Shown here: positions 9,292-19,651 of the stretch, in pieces
How positions within the stretch are numbered: the stretch's first letter is position 1
Layout of the letters: each line of letters begins with the position of its first letter
Assembly: GCA_963822145.1 (NCBI GenBank)
Contig: CAWGGG010000004.1
Coordinates: 698,939-762,938, forward strand
Direction of reading: 5' to 3'
From: an uncultured Bacteroidales bacterium
Lineage (GTDB): Bacteria; Bacteroidota; Bacteroidia; Bacteroidales; UBA10428
DNA length: 64,000 nucleotides
Made by a program: the position numbers and the translations under genes
Notes under the pieces: model-generated
Seen by the model: only the letters and a program-made list of their open reading frames with translations
Database searches by the model: none
Told to the model about the DNA's origin: nothing

Positions 9292-10943
9292 TTTTCGTGG
9301 TTTGGGGTTCTTTTGAAAAAAACAAAACCATTTTTTTCGTAAAGAAGTTCAACATCAGAATATTCCTGCATGAACTTTTCTTTCTTATTTATTTTAAGGG
9401 AAAAATAAGCCGTTTTATCGATGGGACCGGTCAAAAGCCACTTTTCATCCCGCGCGAGGGGATTGGCATGATGCTTGGCCCTTCCATAGAATAAATGTGC
9501 ATAACTCTTGTAACCAACAGTCTCCAAATAGGCATCCTGATCACGCACCGAAATGAAGAAATCAATGGCAGCACGCTGTGAATATGCTTCCACACGGGGT
9601 ACAATCAACAGCATGGCCACCGACATAAAGACCGGCATGGTACCCGTTAAAATATAAAGTCCCTTTCCAGTGTTGTTTCTGTGCCAGGCCATGAAAAAGC
9701 CTGTTAAACCTGTGAATAAAAGAAGTCCTGTAAGGAATTCATAGCCTTTCCAGGTCCCGGTTGCCTGCAGACATGCCTGTGCAAAAGGATCTTGCACCCA
9801 ACCCGCTTGAATGAGATCCTGTTTGAAATGGTCAATAAAGGTAAGCGTTGTGATTGTCAATGCCAGGATTGTTCCAAGCAAGAGCGTGAGCGCCTGGATA
9901 AGCGTTTTCCACCGGGGAGCCTGATGGAGCGCATGATGAAATGACCAGGCCGCCAGGAAAGTCAGCGGAAAATAGCAAAGGGAAGAGTAATGTACAATCT
10001 TGGTTTTGACGATGGTAAAGAGTATTAAAACCACCCAGAATAAAATCAGCATCATGCGGTAAAAATCCTTTTTCGATCCTTTCTCCCCGGATCCGAACAG
10101 GGCAGGCAGTGCAAAGACTGAGGCAGGAAATACCCCGGCGAACAATACAACAAAATGATACAGCAGAAATCCGCCGTGACCGGCATCCTCGGTCCTGAAC
10201 AGCCTGATCTGGTATACGATGAAGTCCGCAATGATCGAAAAATTGCCTTTCAGGATCTGGAGGATAAACCAGAATCCTCCCGTGAAGGCAAGAATCAGGA
10301 CATACAGCAACAAATCCTGCAATCGAAGGCGCACCCGTAACTTTTTCATGAGGATAAAAATGCCGGCTGTTAGCAGGAAAACAAGCAGGGCTACTGGTCC
10401 CTTCGTGAGAATAGCCAGGCCGATGAAAAAAGATGAGCCGGATATGTTCCGCAAAGCACTGGAAGGCAGGCAGAGATACTCATAAAAATAGTAAGTACCC
10501 AGAAAGATAAAAAGGTTGAACCACGGATCGATGATTCCGGATTTGAAATAAAAGAAAGGCAGCAGCGAACCGGCATAGAAAAGTACCCATAAAATACCAA
10601 ACCTGGAACTGATCAGTCTTCTGCCCAGGTTATAAAGAACCAGTAGTGAGACAATGCCGCAGATGGCATTTGGAAACCGGGCTGCAAATTCATTTACGCC
10701 AAAGACTTTCATGGAAGCAACCTGCATCCAGATAAACAAAGGTGGTTTTTCCCAAAAGGGAATATAATTGATCTGAACCGTAAGGTAATCTCCGCTTTGG
10801 ATCATCTCCCGGGCAGATTCGGCGAAATTGATCTCATCCCAGTCGAAAAGGTGAACACCCCCCAAAAATGGGATGAACAACAGCGCCGCAATCAGGGCAA
10901 TTGCGACATTGGTCAACCGGTTATTGTGGTCATGCCTGATCAT
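9288..10943 (-). CDS. ArnT/PMT-like (GT83/GT39) membrane glycosyltransferase
   Basis: DWDEINFAESAREM, EKPPLFIW, EFAARFPNA, TKGPV, many TM helices; start moved to ATG at 10943. Confidence 0.88.
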   Translation of the reverse strand: MIRHDHNNRLTNVAIALIAALLFIPFLGGVHLFDWDEINFAESAREMIQSGDYLTVQINYIPFWEKPPLFIWMQVASMKVFGVNEFAARFPNAICGIVSLLVLYNLGRRLISSRFGILWVLFYAGSLLPFFYFKSGIIDPWFNLFIFLGTYYFYEYLCLPSSALRNISGSSFFIGLAILTKGPVALLVFLLTAGIFILMKKLRVRLRLQDLLLYVLILAFTGGFWFILQILKGNFSIIADFIVYQIRLFRTEDAGHGGFLLYHFVVLFAGVFPASVFALPALFGSGEKGSKKDFYRMMLILFWVVLILFTIVKTKIVHYSSLCYFPLTFLAAWSFHHALHQAPRWKTLIQALTLLLGTILALTITTLTFIDHFKQDLIQAGWVQDPFAQACLQATGTWKGYEFLTGLLLFTGLTGFFMAWHRNNTGKGLYILTGTMPVFMSVAMLLIVPRVEAYSQRAAIDFFISVRDQDAYLETVGYKSYAHLFYGRAKHHANPLARDEKWLLTGPIDKTAYFSLKINKKEKFMQEYSDVELLYEKNGFVFFKRTPNHEK

Positions 10944-11592
10944 CTTTCCTGAAGAGTTTTTGTACGTTCCAGTTATGCCATCTATGGTCATCGCGGTAGA
11001 AAACCAGGTAGAATGACAGGGCACCCGCGCAGCCTATGAGGGAACCAGCATATACATCAATGAGAAAATGCTGTGAAAGATATACCCTGGAAAAAGCAAC
11101 AAGGCATGCCATAAAAAAGCATGCTAGTTTCAGGTATCGGTTTTCCGAAATGAGAGCCAGGCAGAGAAACAAAGCGAATGCACTGGTAGCGTGACCGGAT
11201 GGAAAACTCTTCCCACCGAACATTTTTACGCCGTCAACCAGATGCAGGGCGGCAATATCCTGGAAATACCGGGATGGTCTGATGATATCCTCGAAAAAGA
11301 GTCTTTTCAGCAGTTGTGTAACCAAACCTGTTGACAGATAGGTTACCAGGCAATACACAGCATGCCTCAGGGAGAAAAACAAAAACGCAACCACAGGTAT
11401 GATAATGACTATTCCGTCACCCAGCACGGTAATGTATTTAAAAAACAAATCGAAGAATGTATTGTTGAACTGATTGATCCACAAGTGAATATTGTACTTT
11501 GTACAGAGCATCAGAACAGGCAGCAATGCTAACAGAACAAGCAGGTACGGAACCAAAAAGAATAAATTACTTTTCAACAGCTTAGGGACCAT
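10930..11592 (-). CDS. PAP2 family membrane phosphatase
   Basis: K..F....RP, SFPSGHA, SRVYLSQH motifs; own -7 box TATTTTTG at 11611-11618 (minus) supports ATG 11592. Confidence 0.9.
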   Translation of the reverse strand: MVPKLLKSNLFFLVPYLLVLLALLPVLMLCTKYNIHLWINQFNNTFFDLFFKYITVLGDGIVIIIPVVAFLFFSLRHAVYCLVTYLSTGLVTQLLKRLFFEDIIRPSRYFQDIAALHLVDGVKMFGGKSFPSGHATSAFALFLCLALISENRYLKLACFFMACLVAFSRVYLSQHFLIDVYAGSLIGCAGALSFYLVFYRDDHRWHNWNVQKLFRKDDQA

Positions 11593-11631
11593 ATATGCAT
11601 TATATGGCCGCAAAAATAATGGAAATTTTGA

Positions 11632-12207
11632 CTATTTCACAATACCTGAAAACCCCATGAACGCCAGTGATAAAAGCCCGGCTGTTACCAGAGAAAGCGG
11701 AAATCCTTTCATGCCCCGGGGAGTATCTGTAAGTGCCAGTTGCTCCCGTATACCGGCCATGAGGATCAGGGCAAAGGTAAATCCTGTTGCGATGGCGGCT
11801 GCGTACAATACACTGATAACCAGATTATAATCCTTTTGTACTGCCAGTATGGCGATCCCCAGTACAGCGCAATTGGTGGTGATCAGCGGCAGGTAGATGC
11901 CCAGGGCCTGATAGAGCGGAGGTGCGGATTTTTTAAGAATGATTTCAACCACTTGCACCAGGAAGGCGATTACAAAAATGAAGGTAATGGTTTGCATAAA
12001 TTCAATGTGCAGCGGAACCAATACATAGTTTTGAATCAGGTATGTGACGAGGTTGGCCAGCGACATCACAAAAATCACGGCCACACCCATGCCTACAGAT
12101 GTTTCTGTTTTATTGGATACGCCCAGGAAGGGACAAATGCCAAGAAACTGAACCAGTACCACATTATTCACCAGTACGGCAGATATGATGAGGAGGATGT
12201 ATTCCAT
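11632..12207 (-). CDS. rnfA: Rnf electron transport complex subunit A
   Basis: NNVVLVQFLGICPFLGVS, LPLITTNCAVLG. Confidence 0.96.
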   Translation of the reverse strand: MEYILLIISAVLVNNVVLVQFLGICPFLGVSNKTETSVGMGVAVIFVMSLANLVTYLIQNYVLVPLHIEFMQTITFIFVIAFLVQVVEIILKKSAPPLYQALGIYLPLITTNCAVLGIAILAVQKDYNLVISVLYAAAIATGFTFALILMAGIREQLALTDTPRGMKGFPLSLVTAGLLSLAFMGFSGIVK

Positions 12208-12217
12208 TTGTTGTGTA

Positions 12218-12814
12218 TTAAATGTTGTATTTCAGCTTTATGCGGTTCATGATGGCGATCAGGAGGCCATAGGTGACGAAAGCGCCGGGGGGAAGTACAA
12301 AAATGAGGATGGTGGCTGCATTTTCATTCAGCAACCTAACATTGAACAGGGAACCGTTGCCCAGGATTTCCCGGATCGAGCTCATCAGGGTAATGGCCAG
12401 GGTAAATCCAAGTCCCATACCCAGTCCATCCAGCAACGATGGTATTACATCATTTTTCTGGGCGAAGGCTTCGGCACGTCCGAGGATGATACAATTGACG
12501 ACGATCAGCGGGATAAAGATCCCCAATGACTTGTATAAATCCGGTGTATAGGCTTTCATTACCAGGTCGACGATGGTTACGAAGGTGGCTATTACCAAGA
12601 TGAAGGCCGCAATTCTGACCTTATCGGGTATATAATTCTTCAGCAGTGAAATGAAAAGGTTTGAGAACACCAGGACAAAAGTGGTGGCTGCTCCCATACC
12701 AATCCCGTTAATCGCTGCGGTTGTGATGGCCAGGGTGGGGCAGGTCCCCAGAACGATTACAAAGGTCGGATTTTCCCTGATCAGGCCGTTGGTTAAGTAT
12801 TTAAAGTTTCCCAT
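12218..12814 (-). CDS. rnfE: Rnf complex subunit E
   Basis: ENPTFVIVLGTCPTLA, IPLIVVNCIILGRAEAFA, PPGAF. Confidence 0.96.
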   Translation of the reverse strand: MGNFKYLTNGLIRENPTFVIVLGTCPTLAITTAAINGIGMGAATTFVLVFSNLFISLLKNYIPDKVRIAAFILVIATFVTIVDLVMKAYTPDLYKSLGIFIPLIVVNCIILGRAEAFAQKNDVIPSLLDGLGMGLGFTLAITLMSSIREILGNGSLFNVRLLNENAATILIFVLPPGAFVTYGLLIAIMNRIKLKYNI

Positions 12815-12836
12815 GGATCCCAGGAAATTTAGTTTA

Positions 12837-13415
12837 TCACTGTGTTGCTGAAATAGAATCGGTTACTATCTTAAATGTGTTAAAAGCCCGTTGAAGCGCA
12901 TCACAATAGGCCCTGGAACTGATAGTTGCAGCTGTTATCGCATCCACCTGTCCACCGTCCTTCCTGACCTTGAGTACAAATGTATCTGGGTGTTTTCCCG
13001 GAAACTGGCTGCTGAATTTGGGATCGGTCATTTTAGTGCCCAGGCCGGGTGTTTCCCGGTGGCTTATAACAGTTACCCGGTGTATGGTACCATCGGGAAG
13101 GAAGCCGGCCATGATTTCGATATGACCCGAGAATCCCTTATCGGTATAGGATTTTATGGCAAATCCCACCTGTTGATTTTCTTTGGATAAATTATAAATG
13201 ATCACACCGTTCTTATCGATGCGGCTTTTAGCAGGATCACTGTCGAATTCCGGAAGGACCTCCCTAATGGCATCAATTTCCTTCTGACGTGAGGCTGCTT
13301 CAATGGGGCCTTTGGTTTTCAGGTAAACAAAACCAAGTGCGGCTGACATGGTTATGGAAATCAGCACCAGCGACAGGATCATGTTGGTTAGGGTTGATTC
13401 GAGTTTTTTAGCCAT
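12837..13415 (-). CDS. rnfG: Rnf complex subunit G (FMN-binding)
   Basis: ETPGLG, VDAITAATISS FMN attachment motif. Confidence 0.95.
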   Translation of the reverse strand: MAKKLESTLTNMILSLVLISITMSAALGFVYLKTKGPIEAASRQKEIDAIREVLPEFDSDPAKSRIDKNGVIIYNLSKENQQVGFAIKSYTDKGFSGHIEIMAGFLPDGTIHRVTVISHRETPGLGTKMTDPKFSSQFPGKHPDTFVLKVRKDGGQVDAITAATISSRAYCDALQRAFNTFKIVTDSISATQ

Positions 13416-14409
13416 GTTTCACCTCCTCTCCGAAGCGTCCTGGCTTGATATACTTGTTGATCAGGGGTACAAAAGCATTCATGATGAGTATGGCGAAAGA
13501 AACTCCCTCAGGGTAGGCACCGAAGACCCTTATTACTACAGTTAAAAGTCCGATCCCGATCGCATAAAGTATCATTCCTGTCTTTGTCATGGGCGATGTC
13601 ACCAGGTCGGTAGCCATATAAATAGCACCCAGCATTACACCTCCCGTAAGGATGTGAAACAGGGGGGAAGCATAACGCGTAGGGTCAATCTGCCATAAGA
13701 TTCCGGTAAAAATGAAAACGGTGCCCACCACATAAACAGGAATATGCCAGGTAATGATACGTCTATAAAGCAGCCAGCCAAATCCGGCAAGCAGGGCAAG
13801 TGCTGAAATTTCACCCAGTGAGCCACCCATTTGACCAAGAAACAGTTGCATGTGATCCGGGATCTGGTTCACGACCTCAGACACAGATTGTTCGTTTCGC
13901 ACGGCCTCCTTGACGATACCCAGGGGAGTCGCCCCGGTGGCAGCATCGAGATATTGGAGGCGTGAAGCTATGGGTAAAGGCCAGCTGGTCATTTGAACCG
14001 GGAAGGATATCAGCAGAAAAACACGACCAACCAGGGCCGGATTGAAGGGATTGTTACCAAGTCCGCCATAAGTCATTTTCCCCACCCCGATGGCGAACAC
14101 CGAACCCAGTATAACCATCCACCAGGGTAGATTCGAGGGCAGGTTGAAAGCAAGCAGCAAGCCGGTAACCAGGGCAGAGCCATCGCGGATGCTGATTTCT
14201 TTTTTAAGCATATATCTCTGGATGATCATCTCAGTCACCAAGCAAGCAGCAATGGAAATTACGGTCACGATCAGGGCCCCAAGTCCAAAAAAATAAAGTG
14301 CAAAGACAAAGGCCGGAACCAGGGACAGGAGCACACCAAACATCATTTTCTGGACAGTCTGATCGCTGCTGATATGCGGAGAAGGTGATACGGTTAATAA
14401 CTTGCTCAT
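13408..14409 (-). CDS. rnfD: Rnf complex subunit D
   Basis: SPSPH, GGLGNNPFNPALVGR, DAATGATPL, MATDLVTSP. Confidence 0.96.
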   Translation of the reverse strand: MSKLLTVSPSPHISSDQTVQKMMFGVLLSLVPAFVFALYFFGLGALIVTVISIAACLVTEMIIQRYMLKKEISIRDGSALVTGLLLAFNLPSNLPWWMVILGSVFAIGVGKMTYGGLGNNPFNPALVGRVFLLISFPVQMTSWPLPIASRLQYLDAATGATPLGIVKEAVRNEQSVSEVVNQIPDHMQLFLGQMGGSLGEISALALLAGFGWLLYRRIITWHIPVYVVGTVFIFTGILWQIDPTRYASPLFHILTGGVMLGAIYMATDLVTSPMTKTGMILYAIGIGLLTVVIRVFGAYPEGVSFAILIMNAFVPLINKYIKPGRFGEEVKHG

Positions 14410-15740
14410 GGTTTCCTTCTTGTTCTAATGATTTTGCCAACATTTGATTTTCCCAGCCTGATATAATCGAGGAGGGGACGGCTTGATGGGCAGGTGTAGC
14501 TGCAGCAGCCGCACTCGATGCAATCCATTATATGTTCATACTCCAGCCGGTCAAATTGCTGTTGCTGGGATAATGGCATCAACAGGTAGGGTTCAAGTCC
14601 CATGGGACAAACCGATAGGCATTTTGCGCATCGGATACAGGGATGTATTGCCCTGCGGGCCGATTCCTCCTCCGGCAGCATCACTATTCCCGAAGTCCCC
14701 TTTACTATAGGGATCTCGGTATTAGCAAGCGCTTTTCCCATCATGGGGCCTCCGCTGATAATCTTGCCTGTCCGCTCGGGCATCCCGCCTAAAGCTTCCA
14801 CCAAGTCTGATACTGAAGTACCGATCCGGGTTCTGAAATTGGCAGGCTGTTTCAGGTTCTTGCCGGTCACCGTGACAATCCGGTCGACCAGCGGTTTATT
14901 TTTCTGGACAGCCTCATATACTGCAAAAACGGTCCCCACGTTGAAAGCCACTGATCCAACATCCACCGGAAGACCTCCTGAAGGAACTTCCCGGCCGGTA
15001 AGGGCCCGGATGAGCTGTTTTTCGCCACCCTGAGGATACTTGACTTTCAGGGGACACACCATAATACCATCATGGTCCGAAGCCAGAAGGCGCAAATGTT
15101 CAATTGCATCGGGCTTATTGTTTTCGATCCCGATATAAACACGGTTTACATGAAGTACCCTTTTAAGCAGTTCAATGCCTACCAGGATTTCCGCTCCTTT
15201 TTCCAGCATCAGGGCATGATCTGCAGTAAGATAGGGTTCACATTCCACTCCGTTAATGATCAGGCAATCAGCTTTTTTCCCTCTTGGAAGGGTTAACTTA
15301 ACATGTGCCGGGAAGGTAGCACCTCCCAGTCCAACGATTCCTGCTGCAGTAATTTTTTCCAGGATTCCGGCATCATCCAAACGGATTTCTTTTTCAAGCG
15401 TCGTGTCACGGTTAATAATTTCATCCCATTCATCACCTTCTGCCTCAATATATACCGCCTGGTGCCTGTAACCGCTTATATCCGGCATACCCTCAATTTT
15501 CGTAACCTTTCCCGATACGGATGAATGAATGTTAGCGGATATAAAACCTTCACCCCGGGCAATGATCTGGCCGGTTTTTACAGCATCTCCCCTGCTTACG
15601 ACCGGCCTTGCGGGAGCCCCCATATGCTGCGACAACAAAATGGTGACGGACCGGGGCAACGGCAGTTCCCGGATGGGATTCCGGGCGGAAAGTTTTAATT
15701 CCGGTGGATGTATGCCTCCCTTGTGAAATGTCTTTATCAC
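14406..15740 (-). CDS. rnfC: Rnf complex subunit C
   Basis: GGIHP, GLGGATFP, NGVECEPYLTAD, YPQGGEKQL, two 4Fe-4S CxxCxxC motifs. Confidence 0.96.
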   Translation of the reverse strand: MIKTFHKGGIHPPELKLSARNPIRELPLPRSVTILLSQHMGAPARPVVSRGDAVKTGQIIARGEGFISANIHSSVSGKVTKIEGMPDISGYRHQAVYIEAEGDEWDEIINRDTTLEKEIRLDDAGILEKITAAGIVGLGGATFPAHVKLTLPRGKKADCLIINGVECEPYLTADHALMLEKGAEILVGIELLKRVLHVNRVYIGIENNKPDAIEHLRLLASDHDGIMVCPLKVKYPQGGEKQLIRALTGREVPSGGLPVDVGSVAFNVGTVFAVYEAVQKNKPLVDRIVTVTGKNLKQPANFRTRIGTSVSDLVEALGGMPERTGKIISGGPMMGKALANTEIPIVKGTSGIVMLPEEESARRAIHPCIRCAKCLSVCPMGLEPYLLMPLSQQQQFDRLEYEHIMDCIECGCCSYTCPSSRPLLDYIRLGKSNVGKIIRTRRKP

Positions 15741-15751
15741 GGTCTATTTAT

Positions 15752-16621
15752 TTAGGTAACTTTGGTACTCTCAACAGTTTGCTCGTCGGTTCTGGACTTC
15801 CTGACCGGAAAACCGGTTTCAATAATGGACGCGGTAGGGCATTCTGGCATACATTTGCGGCAGAGCCTGCATGTATCAGAATCAATATACGCCAGGTTAT
15901 TTTTCATGGCAATGGCTTCATGGGGACATACCTTAAAGCACTTGCTGCAACCTATGCAGGCTACTGCACAATTCTTTCTGGCAATTCCTCCCTTATCTTC
16001 ATTCATGCAGGCAACATAGATTTTCTTGTCGCCCTTCCAGCGTTTTCTCAGTTCGAAGAGCTGCCTGGGGCAAGCTTTAACACACGCGCCGCAGGAGGTG
16101 CATTTTTGTTCGTCGACAACCGGCAAGCCGGTGACCGGATCCATGTGCAGGGCATCAAAACTGCACACCAGAACACAATCGCCAAAACCATGGCAGCCAT
16201 AAGAACAACCTGTCTCACCGCTGTATAAGGATGAAGCAACGATGCAGGATCGGGCCCCGTCAAAATGGTTGATCCGTGGCGTGTGCTCACAGGTTCCGTT
16301 ACATCGCAGCACTGCAACACGTGATTCGCGAGCGATAGCTTCCCTGCCCAATAAACCTGCTATTCTGGTCATGGTTTCATTTCCGCCAACCGGGCAGTGC
16401 AAACCGTCAAATGTTTCTGCTCGTATGAGGGTTTCCGCAAAATTGCGACAACCTGCATACCCGCAACCGCCACAATTGGCTGCAGGTAATTCTGCTTCCA
16501 CCAGATCGATCCTCGGATCTTCATACACCTTAAACCTTTGTGCCACAAAATACAGTACAACTGCAGCAACAGCACCCAAAACACTGAGGGATATTATCGT
16601 GTATAACAAGGTAGCAGTCAT
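15752..16621 (-). CDS. rnfB: Rnf complex subunit B (polyferredoxin)
   Basis: LPAANCGGCGYAGC and multiple CxxCxxCxxxCP clusters. Confidence 0.95.
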   Translation of the reverse strand: MTATLLYTIISLSVLGAVAAVVLYFVAQRFKVYEDPRIDLVEAELPAANCGGCGYAGCRNFAETLIRAETFDGLHCPVGGNETMTRIAGLLGREAIARESRVAVLRCNGTCEHTPRINHFDGARSCIVASSLYSGETGCSYGCHGFGDCVLVCSFDALHMDPVTGLPVVDEQKCTSCGACVKACPRQLFELRKRWKGDKKIYVACMNEDKGGIARKNCAVACIGCSKCFKVCPHEAIAMKNNLAYIDSDTCRLCRKCMPECPTASIIETGFPVRKSRTDEQTVESTKVT

Positions 16622-16622
16622 T

Positions 16623-17045
16623 TCAATATTTTTTACGGAGGGTGAAGGTGAAGCTCTTTTTCAGCCGATCGCGGAACACATAGAGACAGGTATAATAGGG
16701 AATTAGAGCACCCAGTGCGATCATTCCGGAAAGCCATTCCATGGCTCCCAGGGCATTGGTCAGGATCAGCACGGAAATTAAAATCAGAAGGGGCAGGAGA
16801 TAACCCCACAAAACTGCCTTATTGCCCATGCTCCGTGATATCATCACTTCCACGGAATCACCGGTATTCAGTTCCAGCCCCTGATCGTCAACTTCAACAA
16901 TCCTTTCCGACATTTCAAAAAGGCTGCACAGGTTGTTCGCATGACACTGCCCGCAGGCCGATTCGCGGTGAATTCTCACCCGCACGGTGTGGTTGATAAT
17001 TGCTTCAATTGTACCCTTCTGTTCTATACAGACGGAGGCTTGCAT
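16623..17045 (-). CDS. rseC: RseC/MucC family (SoxR-reducing system) protein
   Basis: SACGQCHANNLC motif, two C-terminal TM helices, first gene of the rnf operon. Confidence 0.85.
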   Translation of the reverse strand: MQASVCIEQKGTIEAIINHTVRVRIHRESACGQCHANNLCSLFEMSERIVEVDDQGLELNTGDSVEVMISRSMGNKAVLWGYLLPLLILISVLILTNALGAMEWLSGMIALGALIPYYTCLYVFRDRLKKSFTFTLRKKY

Positions 17046-17125
17046 GTTGATATTCGTGATATTCCGGTAAGGCTAAAAATAATAAGGTTCAGACAACAAA
17101 TGGCCGAAATATATCATTATTTTAT

Positions 17126-17146
17126 AATTTAGGATGATTATAAATA
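17126..17146. promoter_or_regulatory. Candidate Fur-family operator upstream of rseC-rnf
   Basis: aATTTAGgATGATTaTAAATA, an imperfect palindrome resembling TATTTAGAATnATTCTAAATA, next to -7-like TATATTTC (minus, 17106-17113). Confidence 0.4.
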
Positions 17147-17250
17147 AGCAGCAGGGCTAAAGTTGCCAGTTGTGGATAACATTTTATTGAATACTTTATT
17201 TTGTATTGGGTACTGTTGTATTTTAGCAGCCTATTGAATGCTGGTATTAC

Positions 17251-19617
17251 ATGGCAAAGAAGAATATTACCCAAGAAGGCGGCAACAACAAGAGCAAGGG
17301 AGGTTCCCTGGTTACCGATGAACGTTTTAAGGTAGCCCTGGGCATCATTACCTCAGGTTTTGCTGTATTGCTGTTCATATCCTTTGTTTCCTACCTGTTC
17401 ACCTGGAAAACCGATCAAAGTTTTGAATGGTCGCGGGTATTTTCTGACCCGGAATATAAAGTCGAGAACTGGTCAGGCAAGGTGGGTGCCTATTTTTCCA
17501 ATCTGTTTATGAACCGGTGGTTTGGCATCGCCTCTTTCGCAGTACCTTTTTTATTGCTGCTGATAGGTTTCCGACTGATGCGGGTAAGGATTAAAAATCT
17601 TTCCCTGATATTCAGGAACACTGTTGTAGGCATGTTACTGCTATCCATTTGGCTTGGTTTTATTCTGAAGGATTTTTCAGGCATCCTGGGAAGCGGACTT
17701 GGTGGCAAGCATGGCTTATATCTGAGTGAGTGGTTAAAGGCTTTCGGGGGTAGTATTGGCGCTGCATTGATTCTTCTGGCAGTGACCCTGATCTGGTCGA
17801 TTTTCTCTGTCCCCAGCACACTCGATTGGCTCGGCCGTTTATTCTCTTTGAAATTAAGGTTACCCAAAATTTCTGTTCCCACCAGTAAAATAATGGGAAC
17901 AAAACAAGAAGTCAACCCGGGAGAAACAGGCACTGACTATAACGACCTGGTTTTTGAGACGGAATTTAACCGCTTTGAACGGGATGGAAAATCCAATAAT
18001 CCGGATGTAATGCCCCAAACGGAAGAAGACATTGAACTGCTGGTGGAAACCCCGGAAGAGGGAAGCGCTGTTGAGACTGTGCCCGAGCAATTTGAGATGC
18101 TAGAGGATTATGATCCTACACTCGACCTGCCGCATTATCAGATGCCTTCCCTGGAACTGCTGGAAAAACATGATGCAGAGAATTCAACAGTTACCAACGA
18201 AGAATTGATCAGCAACAAGAACAAGATCGTAGAAACTTTATCACATTACAAAATTCAGATCGACAAGATCAAGGCCACCATTGGTCCCACCGTTACCCTA
18301 TATGAAATTGTTCCTGCCCCGGGAGTTCGCATTTCCAAGATTAAAAGCCTTGAGGATGATATAGCGCTAAGCCTGGCAGCCCTGGGTATCCGTATCATCG
18401 CCCCCATGCCAGGAAAAGGTACTATCGGCATCGAAGTACCCAACCAGAATCCTGAAATTGTGTCCATGCGTTCCGTGCTCAGTTCGAGGAAGTTTCAGGA
18501 GAATAATTTTGAGCTTCCCATTGCCATGGGAAAGACCATTTCCAACGAAACCTATGTATTTGACCTGGCCAAGATGCCGCATCTATTGCTGGCCGGGGCA
18601 ACCGGACAAGGTAAATCAGTTGGCCTGAATTGCATTATAACCTCCTTGCTGTATAAGAAGCATCCCTCTCAGCTGAAGTTTGTGCTCATCGATCCCAAAA
18701 GGGTTGAACTCACTGCCTATACGAGCCTTGAAAAGCACTATCTTGCCAAGATCCCTGATGCCGAAGAGGTGATCATCACCGATACCAAAAAGGTGATCTA
18801 TACCCTGAACTCTCTTACGATTGAGATGGATCAGCGTTACCAGCTGCTGGAGAAGGCAGCTGTCAGAAATATCCGGGAATACAACCATAAATTCATTAAA
18901 AGGCAGCTTAATCCTGAAAAGGGTCATCGCTATTTACCCTACATTGTAGTCATTGTAGATGAATTTGCAGATCTCATCATGACAGCCGGCAAGGAGGTGG
19001 AAACTCCGCTTGCACGACTTGCCCAGCTGGCCAGGGCAATTGGGATTCATCTGGTAATTGCCACTCAGCGACCTACTACCAATATCATCACGGGTGTTAT
19101 CAAGGCCAATTTTCCGGCACGCATTGCCTTCAGGGTAACTTCCATGATTGATTCCAGGACTATTCTGGATTCTCCGGGTGCCAACCAGCTCGTGGGCCGG
19201 GGTGACATGCTGTTTGCCCCCGGAAGCGACATGATCAGGATACAGTGTGCCTTTATTGATGTCCCCGAGACCGACGGTATAACCCGCTTTATTTCCTCGC
19301 AGCGGGGTTTTACCACGGCACTCTACCTGCCGGAATTTGTTGATGAAAACGGTTCATCAGAAATCGGAGAGATTGATCTGTCGAAAAAGGACGGACTGTT
19401 TAATGATGCAGCACGACTGGTGGTCATTCATCAGCAGGGATCCACCTCCCTCATACAGCGTAAGTTCTCCATCGGCTATAACCGGGCAGGCCGTATTATG
19501 GATCAGCTTGAAGCCGCCGGTATCGTAGGCCCTCCTGACGGCAGCAAACCCCGTCAGGTGTATTTCCCGGATGAATACAGTCTGGAACAGTTTTTGAATA
19601 CACTCAACAGAAACTGA
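17251..19617 (+). CDS. ftsK: DNA translocase FtsK
   Basis: N-terminal 4TM domain, AGATGQGKS, VDEFADL, gamma domain STSLIQRKFSIGYNRAGR. Confidence 0.97.
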   Translation: MAKKNITQEGGNNKSKGGSLVTDERFKVALGIITSGFAVLLFISFVSYLFTWKTDQSFEWSRVFSDPEYKVENWSGKVGAYFSNLFMNRWFGIASFAVPFLLLLIGFRLMRVRIKNLSLIFRNTVVGMLLLSIWLGFILKDFSGILGSGLGGKHGLYLSEWLKAFGGSIGAALILLAVTLIWSIFSVPSTLDWLGRLFSLKLRLPKISVPTSKIMGTKQEVNPGETGTDYNDLVFETEFNRFERDGKSNNPDVMPQTEEDIELLVETPEEGSAVETVPEQFEMLEDYDPTLDLPHYQMPSLELLEKHDAENSTVTNEELISNKNKIVETLSHYKIQIDKIKATIGPTVTLYEIVPAPGVRISKIKSLEDDIALSLAALGIRIIAPMPGKGTIGIEVPNQNPEIVSMRSVLSSRKFQENNFELPIAMGKTISNETYVFDLAKMPHLLLAGATGQGKSVGLNCIITSLLYKKHPSQLKFVLIDPKRVELTAYTSLEKHYLAKIPDAEEVIITDTKKVIYTLNSLTIEMDQRYQLLEKAAVRNIREYNHKFIKRQLNPEKGHRYLPYIVVIVDEFADLIMTAGKEVETPLARLAQLARAIGIHLVIATQRPTTNIITGVIKANFPARIAFRVTSMIDSRTILDSPGANQLVGRGDMLFAPGSDMIRIQCAFIDVPETDGITRFISSQRGFTTALYLPEFVDENGSSEIGEIDLSKKDGLFNDAARLVVIHQQGSTSLIQRKFSIGYNRAGRIMDQLEAAGIVGPPDGSKPRQVYFPDEYSLEQFLNTLNRN

Positions 19618-19651
19618 GGATTTTTTTTGGGTTATTTTATTAAGCAACAAT

